From sequence record MK250028.1: DNA of 64,000 nt; one strand, given 5' to 3'. The translations under genes and the position numbers were made by a program. Of the stretch, positions 32,986 to 43,778 are shown piece after piece. The notes under the pieces were generated by a model. That model ran no database searches and was not told the origin of the DNA. It saw only the letters and a program-made list of their open reading frames with translations. Each line of letters starts with the position of its first letter. The first letter of the stretch is position 1.

Positions 32986-33634
32986 TAATATTTTATATAC
33001 AGAGTTTATAAAAGGAAGAAACATATTTGAACATATGTTTCTTCTTGTAGGTATAATATTACAATTTATTGTATATTATATTACAAACGATACAATGATT
33101 TCATTAATATCTGGAGTAACAGGTATTATATCTGTTGTATTATGTTCACAGAGAAAAATTTCATTTTATTTCTTTGGATTTATACAATTATTTACTTATA
33201 TGTATTTAGCATGGCAGCAGAAATTTTATGGTGAATTAGTAGAAAATATATTCTATATAATTACCATGATTATAGGTATTGTTACATGGTTAAAGAATTA
33301 TAATAAGGATGAACAAATAGTAGAATCTAAAAGACTTTCTAATATACAGTTAAGTATAATAAGTAGTATAATGATTTTATTGTGTATTTTATTTGGGTAT
33401 TATATGAGTAATTATACAGATAATACACAACCATATATGGATGCTTTTTCTACAATACCGGCATTTATAGCACAAACATTATTGATGATGAGATATAGGG
33501 AACAATGGATATTTTGGATTATAATTGATATTGTATCTATATTTATGTGGGGAATCGCTGATAATTGGATAATGGTAATTCAATTCATATTTTGGACATT
33601 AAATTGTTTATACGGTTATATAAAATGGAAATAA
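32972..33634 (+). CDS. pnuC: PnuC-family nicotinamide riboside transporter
   Basis: Seven-TM profile; PYMDAF...AQTLLMMRYREQWIFWIIIDIV motifs. Confidence 0.92.
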   Translation: MKSINNILYTEFIKGRNIFEHMFLLVGIILQFIVYYITNDTMISLISGVTGIISVVLCSQRKISFYFFGFIQLFTYMYLAWQQKFYGELVENIFYIITMIIGIVTWLKNYNKDEQIVESKRLSNIQLSIISSIMILLCILFGYYMSNYTDNTQPYMDAFSTIPAFIAQTLLMMRYREQWIFWIIIDIVSIFMWGIADNWIMVIQFIFWTLNCLYGYIKWK

Positions 33635-33641
33635 TGTAAAC

Positions 33642-33863
33642 ATGGCAGGATTTGTTATTATTGTAATTGTTATTTGCATAACTGTTTATGCGATATATGA
33701 TTCTAAGCATACATCGGAAGTAGAGCAAACATTCTGGGGTAAAGATAAAAGCGATTCATCCAGATTAAAAAAAGTTAATGAAAGAATTACATCATTAGTA
33801 AGTAGAGTGGAATTACTTGAAAATAAAGTAAAGAGATTAGAAAATAATAATATAATAGAATAA
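33642..33863 (+). CDS. small membrane-anchored coiled-coil protein (73 aa)
   Basis: N-terminal TM segment, heptad C-terminus. Confidence 0.65.
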   Translation: MAGFVIIVIVICITVYAIYDSKHTSEVEQTFWGKDKSDSSRLKKVNERITSLVSRVELLENKVKRLENNNIIE

Positions 33864-33864
33864 A

Positions 33865-34317
33865 ATGGAGCGGATAAATTTTGAAGTATATGATTGGTTG
33901 AAAGAACATCAAAAAGAAAATAATTATTCAGACCAATTTATTGAAGCATATAAAGAATGTTATTTTTTAAATAGGTTATCTGGTAAATTCTTTCTTGGAA
34001 CATACGCGGGTTATTCAGTAAAGCCTGATAATAGTGATAAATCTTATTTCGTAGAAGACGGAATTAGAGGACAAGTAAAAGGATATTTTACCGTTTTAAA
34101 TGGTAAACTTATTCAACTTGATCCTTTATCTGATATTCAAAATTATGATAAGTATACCAAATTAAAGGATAATCTACATAAATATATGTATACTAGACTT
34201 GAAAATATTGAGATGCTGAGAAAAATTTATTCAGATAGAACTGATGAAATAAAAACACAAATAGATGAACATATTAATTCATTGAATACAATAATTTATC
34301 TATTATCTAAATATTAA
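33865..34317 (+). CDS. hypothetical protein (150 aa)
   Basis: ORF track. Confidence 0.7.
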   Translation: MERINFEVYDWLKEHQKENNYSDQFIEAYKECYFLNRLSGKFFLGTYAGYSVKPDNSDKSYFVEDGIRGQVKGYFTVLNGKLIQLDPLSDIQNYDKYTKLKDNLHKYMYTRLENIEMLRKIYSDRTDEIKTQIDEHINSLNTIIYLLSKY

Positions 34318-34330
34318 TAATTAACAAAAT

Positions 34331-34501
34331 ATGATTATGAATTTTATAAGTTGGATCTGTATTATATATACAGCATTTACATTGGTTTGTTTTGTATGGC
34401 TAACATATGCTATTAAGAAAGCTCCATTAGTAGATCCTCAAGAACCATTTTTAAAAGGTGATATAAAATCTGAAGATCTAGAAGAAGATAAGGAGGAATA
34501 A
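34331..34501 (+). CDS. small membrane protein (56 aa)
   Basis: Manual translation MIMNFISWICIIYTAFTLVCFVWLTYAIKKAP...; fills the gap between neighbours. Confidence 0.6.
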   Translation: MIMNFISWICIIYTAFTLVCFVWLTYAIKKAPLVDPQEPFLKGDIKSEDLEEDKEE

Positions 34502-34504
34502 GTT

Positions 34505-35266
34505 ATGGCTTACATAGATAAAACATATATATCTGATTATCAGCAGTTTATACAAGTTAGAGATTGGTGTAAAGATAAAAAAGTAGAATTAAAAAATGGA
34601 TTAGTGTATAATGCTATTGATTTCCTTATGTATCCTGATATAACAGAAGAAGAATTCAATAGTTGGAAAAATGAAATTATTCAACGACATATAAAAACAT
34701 ATAATGAATCAAAGGAAGACGCTGAAAAACATTTTGAAATTCCTCTTTGGAATACATCAACATATTTCGATATTTGGCTTATAAGAAATTGCCCTATTGA
34801 TTTTATTCAAAATAGGTTAAAAGAACAATATGGTGAAGAATATAATCAAATAAAGAATTATAGATCTGAACATGATACATATCAGAGAAATGGATTAGGG
34901 AAGAATTTTCATTATAAGGTAATTGAAAAACCTAATTGGAAACCAAGATATAATTTTATTTATACTGATAGACATAGTAATAAGAAAGTATATAAAGAAA
35001 GTAGGAAATCTTGGTGGTTTGTTGAACTTCGAGATTTATCAGGTAATGATATAATGTGGGAAGCAAATCAGGAGTATAATTATTGGACTAATTGGATTGA
35101 ATCATTACCATTTACATCTAATATGATGGATATTAGGAAAAAGAAAAATCTTAATATTCACTCTATTATTAGAATGATAAAACATTGGGATTTACCTGCT
35201 AATACACAAGTTAAAGTTGTAAATAGATACTTTAATTATGGGTGGATAATTAACATTAAGAAATAA
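34505..35266 (+). CDS. hypothetical protein (253 aa)
   Basis: ORF track. Confidence 0.75.
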   Translation: MAYIDKTYISDYQQFIQVRDWCKDKKVELKNGLVYNAIDFLMYPDITEEEFNSWKNEIIQRHIKTYNESKEDAEKHFEIPLWNTSTYFDIWLIRNCPIDFIQNRLKEQYGEEYNQIKNYRSEHDTYQRNGLGKNFHYKVIEKPNWKPRYNFIYTDRHSNKKVYKESRKSWWFVELRDLSGNDIMWEANQEYNYWTNWIESLPFTSNMMDIRKKKNLNIHSIIRMIKHWDLPANTQVKVVNRYFNYGWIINIKK

Positions 35267-35339
35267 TATTAATAGGATGATATAAACTAATATATCATCC
35301 TATTATTTTAATAAATATTTAAATGTTAATTTTTATTAA

Positions 35340-36404
35340 ATGAATAAATTAATTAAGAAATTAATGGAGGGATTATTTGATGATTTTGATGATGAAATTT
35401 TATCAAATTCAGATAATTCAAATAATGTATCTCAATAGATAATTGAAACGGAAGATAAACCTAAAATTAAAGAATGGTTGTTAGATAATATTATTTGTAA
35501 ATATGGAACATCATTTAAATGTGATGAAGGTAATGATATTGAATATACATTTGAATCAGATGGATTACATTGTAATTTAAAATTTAATGTACAAGTTGCA
35601 AAATTTATGAATTCTATTCCAGATTATGTTAAAATTAATAAAATAACTTGTAATACTGTAGAATTTGCAGACTTTATTAATTTACCTAAAGAAATAGATG
35701 GGACATTAAATATAAAAGGATGTAAGGAAAAAGATTTAAATGTACAATTACCAGAGAAATTAGGTGTATTATCGCTTATTAATTGTAAAATACGTTCATT
35801 GAAAGGATTAAGTAATACATGTAAATCAATAGAGCATCTTTATATAGAAAATTGTAATATGTTTACTTCATTTAATGGAATTCCAGATAATGTTGGATTT
35901 ATATAGTTAATTAAATGTAAGAAAATAGTAGATTTAGAAGGAATTCCAGATTCAGTAGAGAGAATTGTATTAGTTTCATTACCTTCATTTGAAAGTTTAA
36001 AAGGATGTCCAAATAAATTAAGTAATGGATTGTATATATAGGAGTGTCCATATTTAACCACATTAGCATATTGTCCATCATTAATAATGGACCAATGTGA
36101 AATACATGATTGTATGTTATATCAGTTAGATATGAAAAATACAAGAATTTGTGGTACATTTAAATTAAGTAATAATAATTTATCAGATTTAGAAAATGGA
36201 CCAAAACAGATAGACGGATCATATATAGTTTCGGAACTGTATTTAGCAAAATTTAAAGCTAATGAAACTATTATGACAAATGCGTATAATAATGCGGAAT
36301 TTATATATCAAGTTAGGAAAAAATATTTTAAAGGAAATAAAAATGACATGCCATAGATGAACAATGGTGTAAAAATTGTATGTCAATATTTTGAAGACCT
36401 TTAA
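35340..36404 (+). CDS. TAG-recoded leucine-rich-repeat protein (354 aa, 4 TAG)
   Basis: Joins track fragments 35478..35906 and 36087..36356; repeats SLKGLS, SFNGIP, DLEGIP, SLKGCP, DLENGP; LFDD leader. Confidence 0.8.
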
Positions 36405-36413
36405 TTAAAAATA

Positions 36414-36452
36414 AAAAGAGAATAACTAACACAATATAGTTATTCTCTTTTA
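36414..36452. terminator. bidirectional terminator
   Basis: AAAAGAGAATAACTA...TAGTTATTCTCTTTT. Confidence 0.75.
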
Positions 36453-36472
36453 CTTTTATTATATATTATTAA

Positions 36473-37273
36473 TTACTTACCGTAATGGATATAATCAATA
36501 AGAGCATTTGTATCAAGATTTGACTCAACTGTTTCTTGATCATTAACTTCCTTAAGAGCAGCGATTACAGCCTTAAGCAACTTACTACGACGAGCAAGCA
36601 AATCAGCACGTTGCTTTTGTGACCACTCACCAGTAAACTTTTGCAATGTATAATCACCGATTTCAACTGTCTTCTTACGTTGAACAACCGCCGCACGATA
36701 ATTAGCTGGAATATTAGCAGGATCAATATTAGGATCCTTCAAAATCTCTTCTGTTGTCTCTGTAGTACGGGAAACACCCTTTACAAGTTCATTCTCAAGA
36801 ATCTCTCGACCATTATATTCTGTATTATGTGTTGGTGTCCAAATCTCTGAATCTGAATAAACAGGGATTCTCTCATACATTGTTACCAACTCTTTAGAAG
36901 TAAGAATACTCTTAAGACGCATAAGGTCCAATGCAGTTAGTTCACCGAATGAATGACCATCAACTACAAGCTCTACCTTCTTTGCACCGAGAGAATTCGT
37001 AGCTTCAACTGAAAATACCTCATTAAGATAATTAGTAGCAATATCCTTAAACCAATTCAACTGTTCTGAAACTGTAGTCTGTACAGCAGTTACACCCTTC
37101 TTTGTAGGATCCTCTGGATAACCCTCACGAGGAACATAAGTCTTCTTCTCACCACGGAATGCGCCTTGTGAATTCTTAAAATAAGATGCATACTCATTAA
37201 TTTCCTTTGCATACACTGATGCAGAATGGTCGACCTTCGCAAGTACGACATTCATCTTTTCTACTTTTGCCAT
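36473..37273 (-). CDS. conserved hypothetical protein (266 aa)
   Basis: Higher-GC, well-formed ORF; FRGEKKTYVPREG, VQTTV motifs recall a widespread bacterial/phage family (possibly DUF7873-like; not verified). Confidence 0.75.
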   Translation of the reverse strand: MAKVEKMNVVLAKVDHSASVYAKEINEYASYFKNSQGAFRGEKKTYVPREGYPEDPTKKGVTAVQTTVSEQLNWFKDIATNYLNEVFSVEATNSLGAKKVELVVDGHSFGELTALDLMRLKSILTSKELVTMYERIPVYSDSEIWTPTHNTEYNGREILENELVKGVSRTTETTEEILKDPNIDPANIPANYRAAVVQRKKTVEIGDYTLQKFTGEWSQKQRADLLARRSKLLKAVIAALKEVNDQETVESNLDTNALIDYIHYGK

Positions 37274-37392
37274 AATTTATTAAAATTAAATGTTAATGTT
37301 AAATCTAAATTTTTTAATTACTTAATGTATATGATAAGTATAAGAAAAAGTCTATTATAAATAGAATAAAATATAAAATATTAAAGTAAATA

Positions 37393-38550
37393 ATGATTAA
37401 TAACAAATAGAATTTAATGGATGATATATTAGATGCAATATCAAAAGGATTAAAAGAAAGTTTAAATATAGAAGAGCAAATCCATCCATATAATGGTGTT
37501 TTAACGGATATAAGAGATTACGAATCTGTATTTCATTCTCCAAATTTTGAATTATATAAATTAAATGAAAAATATCATGAAGTATGTATATCTCAATAGA
37601 TATTAAATAATATTATAAAAATAATTAAAGATAATAAAAATAATTTAGGAAAAGACATATATACAAATTATTGCTTTAAAATATATAAAGTTAATAATCA
37701 TAAAACATATAAAATATATAAATCAATTAATATTAATAAAGATCACCCTATATATGTAAATTTATATTCTAATAAAAGTAATGTATATGGTAAAACAGAA
37801 AATAGAATTATATCTAATGATATAAATTTAGATAATGATCATATAAGAATATATATAAATGTTTATTATATTAATATGGAAAAATTTATATATTCTGTAT
37901 TAAAACATGAATTAACACATGTTGTTGAAATGTATTCTGCTAAAAAGTTTAATAATATTAATAATTTAAAAAATACTATAGGAATTGATAAGGATAATGA
38001 TATAATGTTAGATATAAATCCATTAGCAAAAAATATGTTAAATAGGATGGTTTACTTATTCTCTAATACTGAACATAATGCACACATAAATGGTTTAGCT
38101 GAATTTATCAATAAATTATCACCAACAGAAATAAAAAAATATACAAAATATATACAACATGAAGATGATGATGAAAATATTAAAGTAATTAATAATATAA
38201 ATAATCCTATATATAATTTTATGAGAAATTATGATGATTTAGATATATTAACAAATTATCAGGAATTTGAAGATTATATGTTTGATTTAAAAAGTTATTT
38301 AGAAAACAATGATTTATTACCAATTTTTTATTTAGGTTATTTATTATAGAAACATCATTTAATATATAACAAAACTTAGATAAATTGGGATTTTATTAAA
38401 AATTATATGGATAAAAAATATAAAAATTATAGTAAATATCATAATATTGCTGTATAGATAGTAAGTTTCTATGATTATAAAATAAAACAATATAGAGAAG
38501 ACATATATAAAATAATATATAAGAAATTTAAAGAAAAGAAAATTATTTAA
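37393..38550 (+). CDS. TAG-recoded HExxH zinc metallopeptidase-like protein (385 aa, 5 TAG)
   Basis: Open frame with TAG only; VLKHELTHVVE plus downstream FSNTEHNA. Confidence 0.75.
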
Positions 38551-38552
38551 TC

Positions 38553-39077
38553 ATGATAACAGTAAATAAATCAATAGATATAAATAAAGAATCATATCCA
38601 AAATGTCCATACACTAATATTTTTTGTGATCCGAATATATTATATAATGATTACTCTATTATTAAAAAAGATAAATGTTTAACATGTGAACATTGGAGAA
38701 CTAATTATGATTATATTCTTAATAAATCTTTAGAGTCTGCAAAGAAAAATAAGAAATCAAATTATAATCTTATTGTTAATGAGGTAAACAGAGACGGTGG
38801 AAAATATATAAAGTTTGATAGCGATGACATAGGGTTTCTTATATGTGCGACGTCTACAATAGAAGATTATTATTATGTTTACATGGATAAAGATAAAAAT
38901 ATAAAGATGTCTTCATGCGTAGGTGGATATGAAGTTATAAAGTCTTCAGAAATACCACAGAATCTCTCTGTATTGAGTTATATTCGTCAACATGATAAAT
39001 TATATATAAAAGAAATTATAACGCGATACATAAAGAATTTGAAGTATGATAAGGTAATTACGAAAATCTTTTACTAA
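38553..39077 (+). CDS. hypothetical protein (174 aa)
   Basis: ORF track. Confidence 0.7.
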   Translation: MITVNKSIDINKESYPKCPYTNIFCDPNILYNDYSIIKKDKCLTCEHWRTNYDYILNKSLESAKKNKKSNYNLIVNEVNRDGGKYIKFDSDDIGFLICATSTIEDYYYVYMDKDKNIKMSSCVGGYEVIKSSEIPQNLSVLSYIRQHDKLYIKEIITRYIKNLKYDKVITKIFY

Positions 39078-39127
39078 AAACAAATTAACCATTATTTTAT
39101 ATAACATATAAACATTTAATATAGTTT

Positions 39128-39475
39128 ATGTCTAATATAGAAAAAGGAAGAAAAGAAATTATAGATAGATATTCTCCAGATATTACAAATAGTATGACTC
39201 ATGTTTTGGAAAATATCTATAATGCTGGATGGCATGCAGGCAGGAAAGCAGAACGAGAGAAATGGAGTAAATGCGAATATCTCATGATTGCTCCTGAAAA
39301 AATGGAGAAGATTAAACAAATATGTGAAAATCCACCATGTAAAAATTGTAAATGTAAAACAATGGATAGGCTAACAGGATGTTTAGCAAATCCTCAAACA
39401 TGTGAAGAATATCAAGAATATTCTTTAGTTTGTGAATTAATTAAATATTTTAAAACATGTGCTTATAAATCATAA
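39128..39475 (+). CDS. hypothetical Cys-containing protein (115 aa)
   Basis: ORF track. Confidence 0.65.
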   Translation: MSNIEKGRKEIIDRYSPDITNSMTHVLENIYNAGWHAGRKAEREKWSKCEYLMIAPEKMEKIKQICENPPCKNCKCKTMDRLTGCLANPQTCEEYQEYSLVCELIKYFKTCAYKS

Positions 39476-39543
39476 GACTTTATTTTGGAATTTCATTATA
39501 ATATGTAAAATAATAAACTAATAAATTTTACATAATAATTAAT

Positions 39544-39711
39544 ATGAAACAGATTAAAACTAATCAATTCAATTCCGATAAAGTACAGGTAAAGATGCCT
39601 TGGACTGTTTATGATAACTATAATATAAAGAAAGATCCAAAGGTAACAATAGGTGTTCCTATTAATGAAAATTTGAAACTAATAGATACTGATAAAACAA
39701 TTTGGTATTAA
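39544..39711 (+). CDS. small hypothetical protein (55 aa)
   Basis: Manual translation MKQIKTNQFNSDKVQVKMPW...; followed by a terminator. Confidence 0.5.
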   Translation: MKQIKTNQFNSDKVQVKMPWTVYDNYNIKKDPKVTIGVPINENLKLIDTDKTIWY

Positions 39712-39719
39712 TAGATATA

Positions 39720-39760
39720 AAAAAGTCTGAATTATATATGATTATAATTCAGACTTTTTA
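39720..39760 (+). terminator. intrinsic terminator
   Basis: AAAAGTCTGAATTATA...TATAATTCAGACTTTT. Confidence 0.75.
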
Positions 39761-39810
39761 TTTTATTTATATATGTAAAATAAATAATATAATAATTTAT
39801 TATATTAAAA

Positions 39811-41436
39811 ATGAATCAAAAATTATATAGAAGTTTAATTGAAAGTATAGGTATTGCTATTAAGAAATCAATAAATGAAATGGCAAGACTTTCTGTATAG
39901 AGAACCATAGATAAGAAACTTTGGTTAAGCGTAGCATCTACATGTTCTAGAAATAAATCAACAGAAGCAGAGAATATTAAACCAGGTAAAGGAGATAAAG
40001 ATAATCTTCTCAATAGATATGTTGCAGCTCTTATTATAATGAGAAAACCATGTCCATAGACTGAAGATGATATTGATGATATTAAAACATTTAAATTGGT
40101 AGGACATAAGTATTTAGAATTAGGTGGTACTATTGAAGAAATTCAAGCTCTATATAATAAAAATACAGGAAAACCTTCTACTAATAATACATCTACAAAA
40201 AAACAAGTTGAAACAAAAGATAATACGGAAAACAATAAAGGTTTTGATAATGCAGTAGAATAGAAAACATCTGGAGGCGGATTATTCGACGATGATGATA
40301 TATTTGGAGACGATGAAGTTAATAGAGCATTAACATCTGACTTACAAAAAAAGATTTTAGATCTACCAAAAGAAACATCATTAGAAAATGTATTAATGTA
40401 GAGTATAGGTATTACAAAACCACGTGGATGGAAATATATCAAGCATACAAATGAAGAATATGATAAATTTGTATTTAATATGAGTGGTACAAGCATAACA
40501 CCAGAATACACATGGAATTATCCTAAATATTTGAAAGATTTCATAAACCTTATAAACAGTAAAGGATGGAAATTATATAAGGTTGAAGCACCGTCTTTAT
40601 TCGGTTATTATAGATTTGAAAATATGACACCTGCATAGGTAAAACAATAGATACAATACGCATGTGAATCTCGTTATAGTATTAGTAAAGATTTAACAGA
40701 AACTATAAATAAAAGATTTAAGGAATACGAAGATTTTATAAATAAACGCAGACATGATATATAGGCAATTGATAATAATTTTGTGAAACAAATGTTTGAA
40801 TAGGATGAAAATGTATATCGAGTTTTTTTATCACCTGATGAAGGACTTATGTTGACATGTACAAGACCTAAACCGGTAAATGTATCATATGGTAATTTAA
40901 ATATTTCAAAAAATTATTATACTAATTATACAGAATGGATATGGACTGTAACATTTACAGGAAATGTAAATGATTATGATGAAAAAGATAAAACAGATAT
41001 AAAAAAATTAAAGGAAGATAATAAGAAATATAATAAGCGCAAAAAAATATTTAGAACATTATTAGATAAACGATGTGGCTTGCCAGGATATAAGTGGACA
41101 ATGTTTAATGATGGTAATGGTTATCCTATAATGGTTAAGATATGTAGTAAAGGACAATGTAAGATTACATATGATAATTTTACTAAAAAATATTATAATC
41201 CTTATACAAGTAAATCAAACTATTACTATATACCTACAGATGATAAGACATTTCCTAATTCATTTAAGGAGGCTGTTTAGAATAAAGATCATTGGGGTGT
41301 ATCATTGGTGAAATTGATATGTTGTAATAATGACGGGAAATATGGTCATTCCCTATATGGTGGAAGTGATGATGAAGCATATATGATTATAATGCCTACA
41401 TATTATGGTAAAGCCATGATTGATTCTCTATTATAA
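39811..41436 (+). CDS. TAG-recoded two-module hypothetical protein (541 aa, 9 TAG)
   Basis: Manual translation; N-module paralogous to 7771..9231, C-module paralogous to 16722..17846. Confidence 0.85.
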
Positions 41437-41485
41437 TGAATACAAATAAATATATATGAATTAAAATATAATTTTTAATAATAAA

Positions 41486-41902
41486 ATGAAAGTTAGTGAA
41501 AAGAAGAAATTATATGAGTCTATCATGATGAATGTATCAAAGATAGTTAAGAAAAAGTTAAATGAATATGGCGATGGTATCGAGCAGGATGTTGATCCAG
41601 ATGATGATATTACTGTATATGTTCCTTTGATTGGTTGTGAATGCACTGTTATTCCTTGTTATGATGAGGAAACAGGTGGAACATTCTACGAGGTTCATGA
41701 TGATAATGATGAATATGTATGTGAGATTCATGATGATGTGGATACATCAGATGAAGACGCATTGGTAGATGCTATTGAAGACAATTACCAATGGGAATCA
41801 AAATCAGGTGATTATGAAAATGTTGATCCATTAGGTCCTGATGATTCTGATGTAGATGATGAGTTCGACACTTATGAAGAAGACGAAGATTATGATGTTT
41901 AA
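41486..41902 (+). CDS. acidic protein with LYESIM...LNE leader (138 aa)
   Basis: ORF track; Asp/Glu-rich. Confidence 0.8.
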   Translation: MKVSEKKKLYESIMMNVSKIVKKKLNEYGDGIEQDVDPDDDITVYVPLIGCECTVIPCYDEETGGTFYEVHDDNDEYVCEIHDDVDTSDEDALVDAIEDNYQWESKSGDYENVDPLGPDDSDVDDEFDTYEEDEDYDV

Positions 41903-41905
41903 TAA

Positions 41906-42259
41906 ATGAAAAGAATTATTAATATAAGACCATTATCAGAAAATACAATAAGGAAATCTTTTGGTGCTTCATTAGAAGATAAACTGAGAGAATTAAGAGA
42001 TGAAGTAAATGATAGTAGATTACTTGAAGATACTTTAGTATTTCAGATAGGAAGAGAAGTATATACAGATAATGGTACAAGATATAAATTATTGGGAGGT
42101 CATCTATCATACCAGGAAATGGGATTAACATAGATGGACCAACAGTTATATAGTAATATTGTTTCCGGTAAAACTGATGTTGATACAGTGCTATATAACT
42201 GGAAGAATAAAAAGGTTAAAAAATTGAACTTTTCTTCAAGAAAAATATAGAAAAAGTAA
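41906..42259 (+). CDS. TAG-recoded hypothetical protein (117 aa, 2 TAG)
   Basis: Track fragment 41906..42133 extends through TAG to TAA 42259. Confidence 0.7.
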
Positions 42260-42261
42260 AA

Positions 42262-42306
42262 TAAAATGGTGAATATTTAACATAAAATTAAATATTCACC
42301 ATTTTT
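42262..42306. terminator. bidirectional terminator
   Basis: AAAATGGTGAATATTTAA...TTAAATATTCACCATTTT. Confidence 0.75.
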
Positions 42307-42308
42307 TA

Positions 42309-42716
42309 TTAATATGTAGATAATTCTTGTGTAAATGTACTTAATGCATCATCTATAGATGAAAACTCTCCAAATGATACTTCTGTATCAGGATCAGAAA
42401 ATACTTCAAATTCGAAATCTATTTTATCAACAGGACCAACGGCTAATGTATATGTTCCATTATTATTCTATTGAATAGTTAAATGACTATTTTCTCCTCC
42501 ACAAAAATCATCGAATTTCTATTGTAAATTATAATTATTTGCAAATATTCTCAATAATGATTCTGGTTCTCTATGTGTACCTTTTGAACCTCTCATAATT
42601 CTAACTTCAGATGAATTAAAATATGATAAAATTATTTTCTTTAAATTATTTAAAGACATAGGTATATTAGAGTTTTCATTAAGCGCTCTTTTTACTGTTT
42701 TTGAAACAGATTTCAT
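42309..42716 (-). CDS. TAG-recoded hypothetical protein (135 aa, 2 TAG); upstream leader broken by TAA
   Basis: Open from ATG 42716 to TAA 42309 with TAG read-through; an upstream in-frame ATG at 42755 is followed by TAA at codon 5. Confidence 0.7.
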
Positions 42717-42838
42717 TATAGATTCATAAAGTGATTTCTTTTAATTTTTATTCATAGTAATTATTTATATTTTAATTTTCATTTATATATTTATACTGAA
42801 AATATAATTATAAAAATCCTATGTCTTTATTTACATAA

Positions 42839-43315
42839 TCAAAATAGTGCTTCACATTTATTCTCTTTTATCGGACACCAATTCTCAAAATCCCATTTGA
42901 AAAAATCTGCGCAAACGAGATTATTGTTTAATATTGATTTTGCTGTATCAACATTATAATCTATATTAAGTTTAGATAACATTTCTAATATTCGTCCATG
43001 TGTTTCTATAACATTATCTTGCATTAGTTCTGTTCCGTATGTATGTTCTAATGCTTGTTTCCATGTTGAACCATGTTGTATCTTATTATATATTATATAG
43101 ATAACGAAATTTCCATTTCCGAATGATGGCTCTAAGAAATTTGATTCTGTATTATTCCACTGATCTTCTGAAACTTTATCAGACATACGCTTAATTAATT
43201 CAAACGGTGTAAAAAACTCCTGGGAACCTGCTGATCCCTTTCTTCGGGAAACTCTCTCTTCCGTTGCATAACTATCTAAACACAAAAACTATTCTATATC
43301 AAAACTACTATTCAT
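42839..43315 (-). CDS. DNA adenine methyltransferase, SAM-binding (motif X/I) half (158 aa, 1 TAG)
   Basis: QEFFTP, FLEPSFGNGNF, YGTELMQDNV, CADFF; no NPPY; ATG 43315 with TAG at codon 9. Confidence 0.8.
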
Positions 43316-43329
43316 ATTACATTAATTAA

Positions 43330-43644
43330 TCATTTCAATGTATTTAAAACACGTTCAACAAGATTTTTTATATATACTTTATCTGTATTATATAAAAAAC
43401 AATGTGTATAATGTTGTAATTCTGGATCCTCGTTATCCCAATATGCAATACCAGACATACCTCCAAACTTTGGACAATTTAAGTGATATAGAGAAAATGT
43501 ATCTGGAATATTATTCCAATATGTACATATATTATAATTTGGATAACTTTCTTTATATTCATCAAAATCTAAATCAGAAAGTTCTAAATTATATATATTA
43601 TCTGTATTACCTTCTTGATAATATAAATATAGATATTTTTCCAT
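43330..43644 (-). CDS. hypothetical protein (104 aa)
   Basis: ORF track. Confidence 0.65.
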   Translation of the reverse strand: MEKYLYLYYQEGNTDNIYNLELSDLDFDEYKESYPNYNICTYWNNIPDTFSLYHLNCPKFGGMSGIAYWDNEDPELQHYTHCFLYNTDKVYIKNLVERVLNTLK

Positions 43645-43702
43645 AATTAAATTATATTTATTTATTATTTATATAATTAATAACTTAAATTGTTTATCGT
43701 AT

Positions 43703-43778
43703 TAGACGTTATATATTATTTGATGGAAAGAAATATGATAAATGTAATGAAATAACATTAGCTAGTAATGATTCTTTA
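43703..43778 (+). repeat. left 76-bp inverted repeat of the invertible cassette
   Basis: Base-by-base identical to the reverse complement of 44927-45002. Confidence 0.97.
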
